Shown here in pieces: positions 8,800 through 18,538 of a DNA stretch of 64,000 nt. The stretch lies in contig JACPMX010000010.1 of NCBI GenBank assembly GCA_016185755.1, positions 3,863 to 67,862 on the forward strand, read 5' to 3'. The translations under genes were made by a program, and so were the position numbers. The notes beneath the pieces are model-generated. The model was not told the DNA's origin, did no database searches, and worked only from the letters and a program-made list of their open reading frames with translations. The DNA comes from Candidatus Woesearchaeota archaeon (GTDB taxonomy: Archaea; Nanobdellota; Nanobdellia; Woesearchaeales; GW2011-AR4). The number at the start of each line of letters is the position of its first letter. The first letter of the stretch is position 1.

Positions 8800-9696
8800 T
8801 TATTGTTTGACCGGTATTTCATTGCAGTTCAGGCTCTGCAGGCTTTCTGCATCATACGGGATAAAAGACAGAAATGCGGCGTGCTCAAAAGGAACCCCGC
8901 TGAAATACGCCGCGAACCCGGCCCAATAAGTCCCCCCGACAATCATTGCTCCGCCGGTTAGGGAGATAAAAGTTCCTACTGGAACTCCAACAAATGGTGT
9001 TAAGAAAGCTGAAATCACCCCTCCGGCGCCGATGCCAAGCTTGACAACAGCAAATCCAAGGGCGACAGTTCCGACAGCAGGGGCAGTGTATTTTGTTTTT
9101 TCCCAGTAATTTTTGATTTTTTCCTTGCCTTTGATGTAAGTGAATACAACAGCATACTCATTATTTACAGAGGCATCAATCACATCCTCAATTTTCCTGT
9201 TGCCAAGCGAGGCCAGATATTTAGAATACTCCGATTCACCGGGCTTTTCTGTAGTGAATAGCTGCAGATAGTTCAATTTCTCATTTTCTGGATGTGCATT
9301 GCTGAGATAATCTGTGATGCCCTTTACCTTGATGTCTTTGTTAAGGGTTATTCTTGTGCATATTGTGCAGTATACATTGTCGTCTGAAAAAAGCTCCAGC
9401 TTTCCCCTGCCATACTTGTCCCAGCAGTCAAACATCGACGAGGCTATCTGACCCTTGACTGCATTTTCGTCTTTGTCATCTATCTTAAGCTCGATTTTAG
9501 GGCAGTTTATTTTCCCTGAAAAATCGGCATATTTCAGCTTCAGCCTTGAATGGGTAAGCACGCTTGTCTTGCATATCTGCTTTTCAGCTGCCTTGTTATA
9601 AGCCTCTTTGAGGCTTGCCCACGATGTGGCTGCGACAAAAAGTATTAATATAAAAATAACCACAAAAACGAATCCGTAGTTAATTGTATTGTCCAT
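8800..9696 (-). CDS. Membrane-anchored Cys-patterned protein with internal Gly-rich hydrophobic hairpin; paralog of 9698..10474
   Basis: Shared CxxSVL..CP..CW..CxIC pattern; N-terminal TM helix without a basic prepilin motif. Confidence 0.75.
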   Translation of the reverse strand: MDNTINYGFVFVVIFILILFVAATSWASLKEAYNKAAEKQICKTSVLTHSRLKLKYADFSGKINCPKIELKIDDKDENAVKGQIASSMFDCWDKYGRGKLELFSDDNVYCTICTRITLNKDIKVKGITDYLSNAHPENEKLNYLQLFTTEKPGESEYSKYLASLGNRKIEDVIDASVNNEYAVVFTYIKGKEKIKNYWEKTKYTAPAVGTVALGFAVVKLGIGAGGVISAFLTPFVGVPVGTFISLTGGAMIVGGTYWAGFAAYFSGVPFEHAAFLSFIPYDAESLQSLNCNEIPVKQ

Positions 9697-9697
9697 A

Positions 9698-10474
9698 TTA
9701 GTTCATTAAAATGTCGCATTCCTCTCTGATTTTATCCTGCTTGCCCAGGCCTATGTAATAGGCTGATGTGTAAGCCTCTGTCTGCTCAACCAGCCACGTA
9801 GGCTTCATCGCCAGAAAATAGATTAAATATCTGCTGTTTGTGTCAAATTTTTGGTCGTCTATTTTTCCAGTTTTTCCGTGTCCATATGGAGTATACTGGG
9901 TCCAGCCGATGCCGCCCCATAAAAGGTACAGATTTCTTTGTGACCTTATCAGATACTCGAAATAGCTGATGGCTTCGTTTGGAATTTTGCTTGATTTAAG
10001 GTAATCATCAAGGCCTTCAAACATTCTTCCTCTTAATTTTTCATCAAATTCTATCTCTGAGCAGATTAGGCACTGGTAATATTTAGAGTCGCTGAAAAAG
10101 ATTGACTGCTCGAGAACGTTTCTGTTGCCTTCTGCCATTTTGTACCAGCAAAGCCTGAGCTCCTCTGCAGCTATTTTGTTTACTTCCTCTTGTGTTAATT
10201 TTCCAAAGCTGTATTTTTTAGAAGTCTTTCCATTCAATTCCACTTTATTTTCAAAGATTTTAATATTTCTTCTTGGGCAGTCAAGCTTTACAACGCTTTT
10301 CCCGAAAAACTTGGTTTGTGCCTGCGCCAAAACGCTCAGCCTGCATGTATCTACATCTGCATTTTCTTTAAGTTGGCCGGCAGTTGAATATGCGAAACTG
10401 AACAAAATTAGGGCGCCGGCCATGACTATTATCAGAACGACCAAAACCTGCGGCTCTACTCCTCTTTTGTTCAT
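9698..10474 (-). CDS. Minor pilin-like protein
   Basis: MNKRG|VEPQVLVVLIIVMAG; CRLSVL..CP..CW..CLIC. Confidence 0.75.
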   Translation of the reverse strand: MNKRGVEPQVLVVLIIVMAGALILFSFAYSTAGQLKENADVDTCRLSVLAQAQTKFFGKSVVKLDCPRRNIKIFENKVELNGKTSKKYSFGKLTQEEVNKIAAEELRLCWYKMAEGNRNVLEQSIFFSDSKYYQCLICSEIEFDEKLRGRMFEGLDDYLKSSKIPNEAISYFEYLIRSQRNLYLLWGGIGWTQYTPYGHGKTGKIDDQKFDTNSRYLIYFLAMKPTWLVEQTEAYTSAYYIGLGKQDKIREECDILMN

Positions 10475-10475
10475 C

Positions 10476-10625
10476 TTACTTAAAGATTATGTTCATGGCC
10501 CTTAAAATGATAAATCCCATTACGCCTACTGTAAATAATGCTGCAAGAATGTAAAATAATGTCCTGAGGTTTATTTCAAAGGCTTTTTTGCTGTTAAAAA
10601 TTTGGATGTTATTTATTCTAACCAT
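10476..10625 (-). CDS. 49-aa micro pilin-like protein absent from the ORF track
   Basis: Manual translation MVRINNIQIFNSKKA|FEINLRTLFYILAALFTVGVMGFIILRAMNIIFK*; stop 1 nt before next ATG; TATA-like TTTATATA ~25 nt upstream. Confidence 0.7.
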   Translation of the reverse strand: MVRINNIQIFNSKKAFEINLRTLFYILAALFTVGVMGFIILRAMNIIFK

Positions 10626-10682
10626 GCCAAAATACTTCAGAACCGGATATATAAATATGTCGAAATTAAATTTAGAACTGAG

Positions 10683-10964
10683 CTAAGTGCAGCAGCACTT
10701 CTTCCTTACGCCGTCAACAATGACGGAGTAGCCCGGCAATGGAGGCCTTCCTGAGCCGCAATCTGTTGCTGTCTCATCAGTTGCTGATCCGTCTGCATAT
10801 CCTGCTGACTTACAAGCCTGCTTGCAGTCAGTCGCCTCTGAAAGGCCTTTGCTGAAAAGGCCGAGCCTGCCTGTGAAAATCATGAAAAGGACGACAAGAA
10901 CGGCAAGCGCAATGGCTGCTATTATTATCACATTGATGGAAATGCCCTGTGCTTTCTTGCGCAT
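10683..10964 (-). CDS. Small pilin-like protein, candidate major pilin
   Basis: MRKKA|QGISINVIIIAAIALAVLVVLFMIF; own TATA-like element (~11004-11015) and intergenic gaps on both sides. Confidence 0.8.
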   Translation of the reverse strand: MRKKAQGISINVIIIAAIALAVLVVLFMIFTGRLGLFSKGLSEATDCKQACKSAGYADGSATDETATDCGSGRPPLPGYSVIVDGVRKKCCCT

Positions 10965-11031
10965 ATCTTTGCCTCTTTGACATCTAATCTGTTGAGCAAG
11001 TTATATTTAAATATATCGGAACATGGCATCC

Positions 11032-11502
11032 TCATCCGCAAATGTCGAGTTTTGTGTACATAGTGGCTGTGCTTATCGGTATAGGGAACAGCTTTGACCT
11101 TTTCTCAGCCCCGCACTTCTTTCCGAGCTTTATGAGCGGCTGGTTTGCATCAGTATATGCCAGAAACTCGTACTCCATGTTCCACTTGTCAAATGTGCTC
11201 TCAAATATTTCCTTGGATACAGCCTCTACAAACCTGCATGAATCCTGGCCGTTGTCGCACACTACGCTTCTCGCCTGGGCGCAGTCCTGCAGCAACTCTG
11301 TCATTGTAAGCTGCGAGCAGTCCTTGGCAGCTGTCTTCAGCAGGGTGCTCAGCATATTGGATGCCGTCTCTGAGCTTACGAAGCCTTTCCTGTATTCTGT
11401 AGGGGCCTTGACAACCAGAAACCTGACAACAAAGACTGCAGCCACAAGTATCAAAACAACCACTATGGCCAATCCAAGTATCTCCATCTGGGCTTTTCTC
11501 AT
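11032..11502 (-). CDS. Minor pilin-like protein
   Basis: Start moved to 11502 (ATGA overlap); MRKA|QMEILGLAIVVVLIL. Confidence 0.8.
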   Translation of the reverse strand: MRKAQMEILGLAIVVVLILVAAVFVVRFLVVKAPTEYRKGFVSSETASNMLSTLLKTAAKDCSQLTMTELLQDCAQARSVVCDNGQDSCRFVEAVSKEIFESTFDKWNMEYEFLAYTDANQPLIKLGKKCGAEKRSKLFPIPISTATMYTKLDICG

Positions 11503-11999
11503 TTTGTCATGGTCTCTATAGTCATTATGCCGAACCCGTGCCTTCTTGCAGCCGGGTCGTATATTGAAATCGGGACATTTGTAACAAACTTGCTCTTGAA
11601 GTCGCTTGTTTTCCTGGAATATAGGTTCCATCTGGCTTCATTCGGGTATATCTGCACTATGCTTACGTTGCTGTACTCAAGCAGGTCATAGTAATAAATC
11701 TCATTTTGCTTCATGAGGCTTTGCGCAGGATCAAGCTTCATGATATCAACGCAGTTGTCAATTATTATATTGTCCCCGCTGCACTGGACTTCAGGCAAAA
11801 ACATCACTCTTTGCGCTATGCCGACAGACTTGAGCTGGGACAGCTCTTCCTTTTCAAGCTCTATATTGCTCTTGATGACTTTTACATAAAAAATGAATCC
11901 TATGATTATCAGTATGAAAAATACGAACAGGACCGCTATAGTCTCCCCTATCTGGATTTGTGATTTAGTAGATAAGGGTGCACGAGTATATCTGCGCAT
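11499..11999 (-). CDS. Minor pilin-like protein
   Basis: STKS|QIQIGETIAVLFVFFILIIIGFIFY; exact start uncertain. Confidence 0.75.
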   Translation of the reverse strand: MRRYTRAPLSTKSQIQIGETIAVLFVFFILIIIGFIFYVKVIKSNIELEKEELSQLKSVGIAQRVMFLPEVQCSGDNIIIDNCVDIMKLDPAQSLMKQNEIYYYDLLEYSNVSIVQIYPNEARWNLYSRKTSDFKSKFVTNVPISIYDPAARRHGFGIMTIETMTK

Positions 12000-12960
12000 T
12001 CTTGTTTTCACCTGCCAGAATCTTTGCCGATTCTGATATTATATCTGCATTCTCCTTGTTAAAGTCAGGAGCTGCGAGGATTCTGTTTAATTGGGTTAGT
12101 GCACTGTTATAGAATTGGTTGCACTGAACTTGCCTGCTTGAAGTGCCGCTTTGGACAAGTTTCTTTGTCCTTTCAGCGTATATTTTAGTCACAAGGTTGA
12201 GCTTCAAAAATGCATTTTGCATGCTGCATTCATAAGCCTCCAGGGTGTCAGAGTATACTGCAGCAACCAGGGAATTTCTGCCGATATAAATAGAGCTGCC
12301 TCTAGAAAGCCATGAGTTCCCGTTTTTTTGGTAGAATTCTACAGCCCCTTTTTCTGCATCGCCAATAACCCTAAGGGAAGTAACATCCTCATCGCGCATT
12401 TTTCCCAGCGAGCTTGGAAGAGGAATCATTTCCTCAAAAGCCACGATCCTTACCTTGTAGTTGTTGGCATTTACTATTGGGGCAGCTGTTTGATAAAATT
12501 CCTTATTAAGCTCTGCAGGAAGGGTCTTGTTTATCTCCCTTGCAAGGTTGGTATTGCCTATGATTATGTACCTTGCCCCTGTGCTTGTGGCATAAAGAAG
12601 GTTTGTTGCCCTGTACGGCGCGTTGAAAGACAATGTCTGTGTTGTTATCCTGCTTCCCCTGATGGAGCCAGGCGCAAACAAAATAAGGCTCTGGTATTGT
12701 TTTGACACTCCGCCTATTGATATCCTGCCGCAGCCTACATCAATATCCGATTCCGGTATGTTTACTGTGTTTATAGTGTCAGAGCTTATGCCTGCCCCGG
12801 TTATTATGGCTTCTATGCTCTTGAGCACAGCTGCCTTTGTGGATGTTTCTGACACGCTTTTCTGCTTTGCAACTACAACAGTGAAAAAAAGAAGTATGGC
12901 GGCGCCTGCAACCAGCACGAAAAGCCAGTTGAACTGCACTTCAAATCCTTTCTTGTTCAT
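11965..12960 (-). CDS. Minor pilin-like protein
   Basis: MNKKG|FEVQFNWLFVLVAGAAILLFF. Confidence 0.8.
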   Translation of the reverse strand: MNKKGFEVQFNWLFVLVAGAAILLFFTVVVAKQKSVSETSTKAAVLKSIEAIITGAGISSDTINTVNIPESDIDVGCGRISIGGVSKQYQSLILFAPGSIRGSRITTQTLSFNAPYRATNLLYATSTGARYIIIGNTNLAREINKTLPAELNKEFYQTAAPIVNANNYKVRIVAFEEMIPLPSSLGKMRDEDVTSLRVIGDAEKGAVEFYQKNGNSWLSRGSSIYIGRNSLVAAVYSDTLEAYECSMQNAFLKLNLVTKIYAERTKKLVQSGTSSRQVQCNQFYNSALTQLNRILAAPDFNKENADIISESAKILAGENKNAQIYSCTLIY

Positions 12961-12969
12961 TTTGAAAAG

Positions 12970-13458
12970 CTAATTCCATTGCCCCAGCGAAGCATGATTC
13001 CCCTTTCCCTCCAGTTTCAGGCTTATTTTGCCGTTTAAAGCCTTTATGCACAGCACGTCCGGCTCGACAGATATCTTTCCGGCAAAAAATGATTCTTTGG
13101 CTATGTTCTCAACAAGAAAAACATTCTTTCCAGTGCTGGAGAGTATGCTGTCTTTGATTATAGGATCAATGCTGCCCGGAATGTTGGGGCTTTCAAAACT
13201 CTCGACAAAGCATGCCTGCGTATAGCCGGAGCATAATTGAAGGTCTTTTCTCTTTACGCTTCCGAAATCGCTGGATATGCTTTCCACTGCATTCTGCAGG
13301 TCGTTCTTGAACTTGAGGCAGGACACCTGTTCAGCCCTGTTCTTGAAGTTCTGGACTGCGTTATAGCCGTAGACCAGTATGAAAGATATGAGTATTATCG
13401 TCAGTATGTATATGAACACCTGGCTGTAGATTTGCGCCTTGGATTTTTTCGCTGCCAT
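12970..13458 (-). CDS. Minor pilin-like protein
   Basis: Start moved to 13458 (1 nt after upstream stop); KKSKA|QIYSQVFIYILTIILISFILVYGY. Confidence 0.8.
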   Translation of the reverse strand: MAAKKSKAQIYSQVFIYILTIILISFILVYGYNAVQNFKNRAEQVSCLKFKNDLQNAVESISSDFGSVKRKDLQLCSGYTQACFVESFESPNIPGSIDPIIKDSILSSTGKNVFLVENIAKESFFAGKISVEPDVLCIKALNGKISLKLEGKGNHASLGQWN

Positions 13459-13459
13459 A

Positions 13460-16400
13460 TCATTTTTTTCTCTTGGATTTTGATTTGGCAAGCTCGTAAA
13501 GTTTTCCAATATTGTCCTTAGGTTTTGCGCTTGGCTGCCTTTGCTTGTCTTTTTTTGCAATCTGGGCAAGTTTTGAGATAGCATCCTCTTTTGGCTTCTT
13601 TTGCTCGGGTTTTTTTGTTTCCTTGCTCTCTTTTGGCTGCTCCTTTATGGTTTTTTCCGCAGCTCTAGGTGCGCCGAACGGCTCGAAAAGCTTTGCTCTT
13701 TCCTGCTCTTTCTGCTGCTCTTTCTTTTTTAATGCTTCCCTTATATTTGCATCTTCCTGCTTTTGGATTGTTTGCTTCGCCTGCTGCTGCGGCTGGAAAA
13801 TAGGTTTTGGGTGCTCCTCCCCCTTTGGCATTTCAAATTTTTCTGCTTTTCTTTTGGTTATTGCTTTATGGGCCAGGTATCCAAATCCTGACAGCAGGAG
13901 AATTATCCCTATGGCAAATGCCAATACCTTGGCGAAGCTTGATTTTGGGAAATCGTCAGGGTTTACAGGGCTTGTTCCTGCGTCAATTTCTTCCTTGTCT
14001 GTAAAGCTGTCTTTGTCTGTGTCTGCAGCGTTTGGGTTGGTGCTTTCGCCATAAGTCCTTTGTACATTAAACTCTTCAAGATTTGTAAGCCCGTCAGAAT
14101 CCGAATCCAGCCCTGAATCATTCGGATTATTTGGGTCGAAATTATTTTTAATTTCCCATTCGTCAGGAATTCCGTCGCCGTCAGTGTCTTTTATTCCTGC
14201 GCTTTCCTGCTCGTCAGGAATTCCGTTGCAGTTTGCATCGTTGCTCTGGCACCTTTTGCACGCAGACAGTATGCACTGCAGGCCCTCTCCGCAGTCCTCG
14301 TTAATGCCGCAGCTCTTGTCTTCAGGGCACTTGGATGGGCAGTGCCCTCCGCAGTCAACATCTGATTCGCCCGGGCTTAGCTTGCTGTCGGAGCAGCTTT
14401 CCTGCGGCTTGCAGAATCCAAAGCTGCAGAATCCGCTGTCGCAGTCGTTGCTGCTTGAGCATGCCTTGTTGATTTCGCATTTTCTGCATTGCCCTCCGCA
14501 GTCAACATCGCTTTCTTCCTGATTTTTTGCATTGTCGTCGCATTTTGGGGCTGAGCATATTCCGCTGTTGCAGAAATTCGATACGCAGTCGCTGTTTATC
14601 GAGCATTTTTTGCCTGTGATGCACAAGTCGCATCCGGAGCCGCAGTCCACATCCGGCTCTTTTTCATCTTTTATGCCGTTTGTGCAGTTGAGGGGCTTTA
14701 GGCTTGTGTCCACGGTTATTCCGTCGCTCTCGCTTATATTGCTCGATAGCCCGGCAATGTTCTGCGCCTTGACCCTGAAGAGATACCTGTTGCCGTTCAG
14801 TAGCCCCAGGCTCGTCCCGTTTGGCCTTGTTGCTATTACATATTCATTATTAAGCAGGCTTTTGGTATTATTTAGTACAACTCTTGATGTTCCAGATTCA
14901 ACAATAGAGTAAACATGGGAGATGACTCTGGATTCATTGTCTATGCTGTTCCATTTGACCCTGAGTACATCAGTGCTGAAAGTGAATTCTGGCTTGTCCT
15001 GGAGTGAGCTGCTGTCATTGATGGATAATATTGCCGGCGGGGTCAGGTCTATTGTAAATTCAACCTGCTTCACATCAGAGAATTTCTGCAGGAACTGGTC
15101 CTTGCATACAACATAAAAAGTGTGCTTTCCGGCAGTTGAGCTCAGCTGCCTTGTATGGCTGTATCCGGGCGCTCCAAATATGTCGCCGTTCTGCGCTGTA
15201 TTGTCTGTCTCGGAGAATTTGCATTGTGATTTCTTGTTTGTCTCTATGGCAAGTATAGCACTTGTTGAATTGAAAAATTCCGGCGTATGGGAGATTATTG
15301 AAATTGGAATTGTCAGATCAATCTTGATTTGCACCTCTTTTGCATCTGAAACAAGCTCTGCCCTGTTTTCGCATGCTATGAAGTATGTATGGCTGCTTCC
15401 ATTCCCGGCAGTTATTGGCTGCCTGCTGATAAGCTTGAAATTTCCCTCATCAAATCCCTCAAATTTGCCCTCCATATTGGCAAATTCCTTTGTGGTGGTG
15501 CTGAACTTGCACCTGACAGGCTCGTCCGATTCGACAGCAAACGCAGTTTCAAAAGGCTCCTCAATGATGGGATTTGGGAATGCAAATGCGCTTTTCAGCT
15601 GCGGAATTGTCGGGTCAACGTTAATATCAAACGACTTGAATGTTATGCCCTTTTGGTCTTTGCATCTTATGTTAAGCTTGTGTGCATTTGCATCTCCGCT
15701 CGCTATCTTGCTGAAGCCCAGTATTGTATGGATTGTTCCTGAAGTGTTTGTGAAAGGCTCCATGAACTCGAACTCGAAATTATTGTCAAGCGAGAATCTG
15801 CAGGATGCGTCATTGTCTGTTTCAGCGACAACATCAAAGACTGATTTGGGCGCGACTCCAAACCTCGGCTTTAAAAGGCTGATTACGCCGGGGTTTGCGT
15901 CAACCACAAATGAAACAGAGCCAGTGGCCCTGTTCCTGGCAAAGTCGCTTGCTGTGACCTCAAGATTTTTGTTCCCGTCAGAAATGTTCAAAGTTGCTGT
16001 GAATGCCTTGTTGTCTATAGTGGAAAAAGACTGCTTTATCTCCTCAGAGTTTATCTTGGCTGATTCCAGGCTGACTTCCTTGTCGAATGCAAGCTTTATA
16101 TTTACCGCCGAGGTGTTGACTATGCTGCCGTCAGGGGGGGTTATTTCAAGCAGCGGCTTGCTGTTGTCTATGACTATTATCTGGGATACTGCAGGGTCCA
16201 TGAATATGTTGTTTTTGTTTTTTGCATCCAGCTCTAGCGTGTACTCCCCATTCGGCAGTGTTTCTGCGACCGAAAATGACGCCTTTATATTCAGCTCAGC
16301 GCCGGCCTGCAGGGTGACGATCAATCCTGTTTTTTTGTTCACAAGCCTTGAGTGGGTTATTGCTGCAGGCTCGAAAAACTGCACGTCTATGGCCGGCTTT

Positions 16401-18538
16401 TGATTGCTTGTGAATATTTTGTCAAGGGCTTTTAGGCCGTCTGTCACATTGATGCTCAATATTCTCGGCCCGCCTGTTGTGCTGTGGGCTTCTATCAGCA
16501 GTTTTTTTGCCTCTCCGATGTTTTTTGCAGGGTCTTGGGAATAATACCTCAGTACATTTGTGCCTTCGTTCAATGTGGCAAGCTTGTCCCCGTTGCTGCC
16601 GTCAAAAACATTGAGATTGCTTACTATGGCAATCCTGCCTGTAGTTGAAGTGTTGTAAGGGTGCCCGCCTGCACCGCAAGGCTCGATGCAGAAAAAAGTA
16701 GCGTAGTCCTGCGATGTCTTTAGTATTACGGAGCTGTTGATGCTCGTCCTGTCGTAAATCTGTATGATAAGGCTGTCTATTATCCCTTTCTTGATTATCG
16801 GGAGCAATGTGGTGTTTGGGGCAAAGAAATCAGCCTCGCATGAGCTTGTTGTGCAGTCAGCTTTTGCGTCTCCGTCCGCGTTCTTGGAGCAAGCGCTGTT
16901 TATATTCTGGCATACTTTTATGCCGCACTCATCAAGTGACGGGTTTGTTATCCTGTTGTTTTCGTCATGAGTTATTTGTGCATTGCTGCACTGCTCTGCA
17001 TCATAGTCTTTGCACACTACCTCCTCGCAGTTTTTTGATTTTCCGTTGCGGAAATAGCACATGAAGCTGCCTTCAGATAACGCGTTTGATTTTTCCCTTG
17101 TGCAGAAGTCAAAAACCTCGTTAAATGACCTTAAGTTTTCCAAAGATTGCGTTCCCTTTTCCTCGCACCACTGGCAGTTGTATTCTGTTGTGCTTACGCA
17201 TGCCCCTATCCCGATCTGCTCGGCCAGTTTCTTCCACTTGCAGCCGCCGACCCTGCAGTTGTCCCTGCCGCATGCGTCTTCTGTCTTGTAGTCATAGCAG
17301 CCCATTGAGGGATCGCAGCCGAAGCATGAGTTTACAGCAGAGTGCGACCTGTCATAAAAACAGTACCTGTTTGATTCGCAGTCGTCAAGATTGTAAAACA
17401 GCCCAAACGGGTTCGCTGCATTGTAATTGCAGCTGACCTTGCTCAGGCATGAAGGCTTGTTGTTGCTCACAATGCATATCTGTGTTGGCAGGCATGCCGT
17501 GCCCTCTGCTATGAGCCTGTTTGAAGCGTCGCAGGAGAATGCCTTGTTGAACTTATCGCTGAATTTGTTTTTCACGCCCTGCTGGAAATTTTTTAGGAAT
17601 AGCTCGGGGAAGTTTGTGTTCAGGTAATTACTGTATCTTGTATAGTATGATTCATGTATGCAGAAATTGTTGCTTGCAGGATGGTCCATGCATTCTACAT
17701 TGCCCAATGTGGATGTTTTTGTTATTGTGGGGGTTGCGGTCTGCAGGTTGTACCTTGCCTTGATTTGGTAGGTGTATGTTGTGTCAAACATCAGGTCTCC
17801 TGAAGAGTCCTCAAAAGAATTTGTGTTTGTTATTCCTGCCATAGCGAAGTTTGTGCAGCCGCTGTCCTTGCACCTCATCACATCATATGAGACTGCATTG
17901 CTGCTGCACTCGTCTTTCCATTTAAGCTGGAATTTTTTTTGCCCTTTGGCCGGGATTATTTCAAGATTGCTCAGCTTTGGCAGGTAGCTTGGATTGCTGC
18001 ATCCTACTCCTTCAATAGAGCAGCTCCCCCCTGATTCAGCGCTGTCTGCAGGGCTTGTACACCCAAAATCACCTCCTTCAAAATCAGCGCAGCCATTATT
18101 GTCGTTGTCTATTCCGTCGTTGCACTGCGGCACCGGGCAAACCTGGTTGCAGTTTGTCTGGCCTTTGTTGAACGTCAATCCAGTTCCTTTGCACTGGGCT
18201 TCCGGGGCAATCGAGCCGCCGAGCTCTGAGCAGCAGCAGCCAAGAGAGCACGCGTCAACAGCCAGGCATGCCTTGTTTGGGAAAAAGAATGTTGTTGAGC
18301 AGTCATTGTAGTTTGCAGGTCCATCGGGATTTTGCTGCGACTTGTAATATCCCGGGAAGCTTGTTTCAGGCTTTGGGCAGCATTCTTTGTCCCTTAAAGC
18401 AAGCCTGTCAGCGGAGCATGCAAGCTGGCCGGCACCGGGATTGCTGCAGCATCCAACTTCATCGGCATAAACAGCCTGCAGGCTAATTAAAAATAAAAAA
18501 GCTGAAAATACAATCGCCTCTTTTTTTAATCTTGTCAT
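13460..18538 (-). CDS. Giant (1692 aa) cell-surface adhesin-like protein
   Basis: Sec signal (AVYA|D), Cys-rich N-terminus, FN3-like domain (YTYQIKA), tandem Ig-like beta domains, 3x DVDCG Cys repeats, TSP3-like DTDGDGIPD/DSDGL repeats, C-terminal TM and K/E/Q-rich tail. Confidence 0.85.
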   Translation of the reverse strand: MTRLKKEAIVFSAFLFLISLQAVYADEVGCCSNPGAGQLACSADRLALRDKECCPKPETSFPGYYKSQQNPDGPANYNDCSTTFFFPNKACLAVDACSLGCCCSELGGSIAPEAQCKGTGLTFNKGQTNCNQVCPVPQCNDGIDNDNNGCADFEGGDFGCTSPADSAESGGSCSIEGVGCSNPSYLPKLSNLEIIPAKGQKKFQLKWKDECSSNAVSYDVMRCKDSGCTNFAMAGITNTNSFEDSSGDLMFDTTYTYQIKARYNLQTATPTITKTSTLGNVECMDHPASNNFCIHESYYTRYSNYLNTNFPELFLKNFQQGVKNKFSDKFNKAFSCDASNRLIAEGTACLPTQICIVSNNKPSCLSKVSCNYNAANPFGLFYNLDDCESNRYCFYDRSHSAVNSCFGCDPSMGCYDYKTEDACGRDNCRVGGCKWKKLAEQIGIGACVSTTEYNCQWCEEKGTQSLENLRSFNEVFDFCTREKSNALSEGSFMCYFRNGKSKNCEEVVCKDYDAEQCSNAQITHDENNRITNPSLDECGIKVCQNINSACSKNADGDAKADCTTSSCEADFFAPNTTLLPIIKKGIIDSLIIQIYDRTSINSSVILKTSQDYATFFCIEPCGAGGHPYNTSTTGRIAIVSNLNVFDGSNGDKLATLNEGTNVLRYYSQDPAKNIGEAKKLLIEAHSTTGGPRILSINVTDGLKALDKIFTSNQKPAIDVQFFEPAAITHSRLVNKKTGLIVTLQAGAELNIKASFSVAETLPNGEYTLELDAKNKNNIFMDPAVSQIIVIDNSKPLLEITPPDGSIVNTSAVNIKLAFDKEVSLESAKINSEEIKQSFSTIDNKAFTATLNISDGNKNLEVTASDFARNRATGSVSFVVDANPGVISLLKPRFGVAPKSVFDVVAETDNDASCRFSLDNNFEFEFMEPFTNTSGTIHTILGFSKIASGDANAHKLNIRCKDQKGITFKSFDINVDPTIPQLKSAFAFPNPIIEEPFETAFAVESDEPVRCKFSTTTKEFANMEGKFEGFDEGNFKLISRQPITAGNGSSHTYFIACENRAELVSDAKEVQIKIDLTIPISIISHTPEFFNSTSAILAIETNKKSQCKFSETDNTAQNGDIFGAPGYSHTRQLSSTAGKHTFYVVCKDQFLQKFSDVKQVEFTIDLTPPAILSINDSSSLQDKPEFTFSTDVLRVKWNSIDNESRVISHVYSIVESGTSRVVLNNTKSLLNNEYVIATRPNGTSLGLLNGNRYLFRVKAQNIAGLSSNISESDGITVDTSLKPLNCTNGIKDEKEPDVDCGSGCDLCITGKKCSINSDCVSNFCNSGICSAPKCDDNAKNQEESDVDCGGQCRKCEINKACSSSNDCDSGFCSFGFCKPQESCSDSKLSPGESDVDCGGHCPSKCPEDKSCGINEDCGEGLQCILSACKRCQSNDANCNGIPDEQESAGIKDTDGDGIPDEWEIKNNFDPNNPNDSGLDSDSDGLTNLEEFNVQRTYGESTNPNAADTDKDSFTDKEEIDAGTSPVNPDDFPKSSFAKVLAFAIGIILLLSGFGYLAHKAITKRKAEKFEMPKGEEHPKPIFQPQQQAKQTIQKQEDANIREALKKKEQQKEQERAKLFEPFGAPRAAEKTIKEQPKESKETKKPEQKKPKEDAISKLAQIAKKDKQRQPSAKPKDNIGKLYELAKSKSKRKK

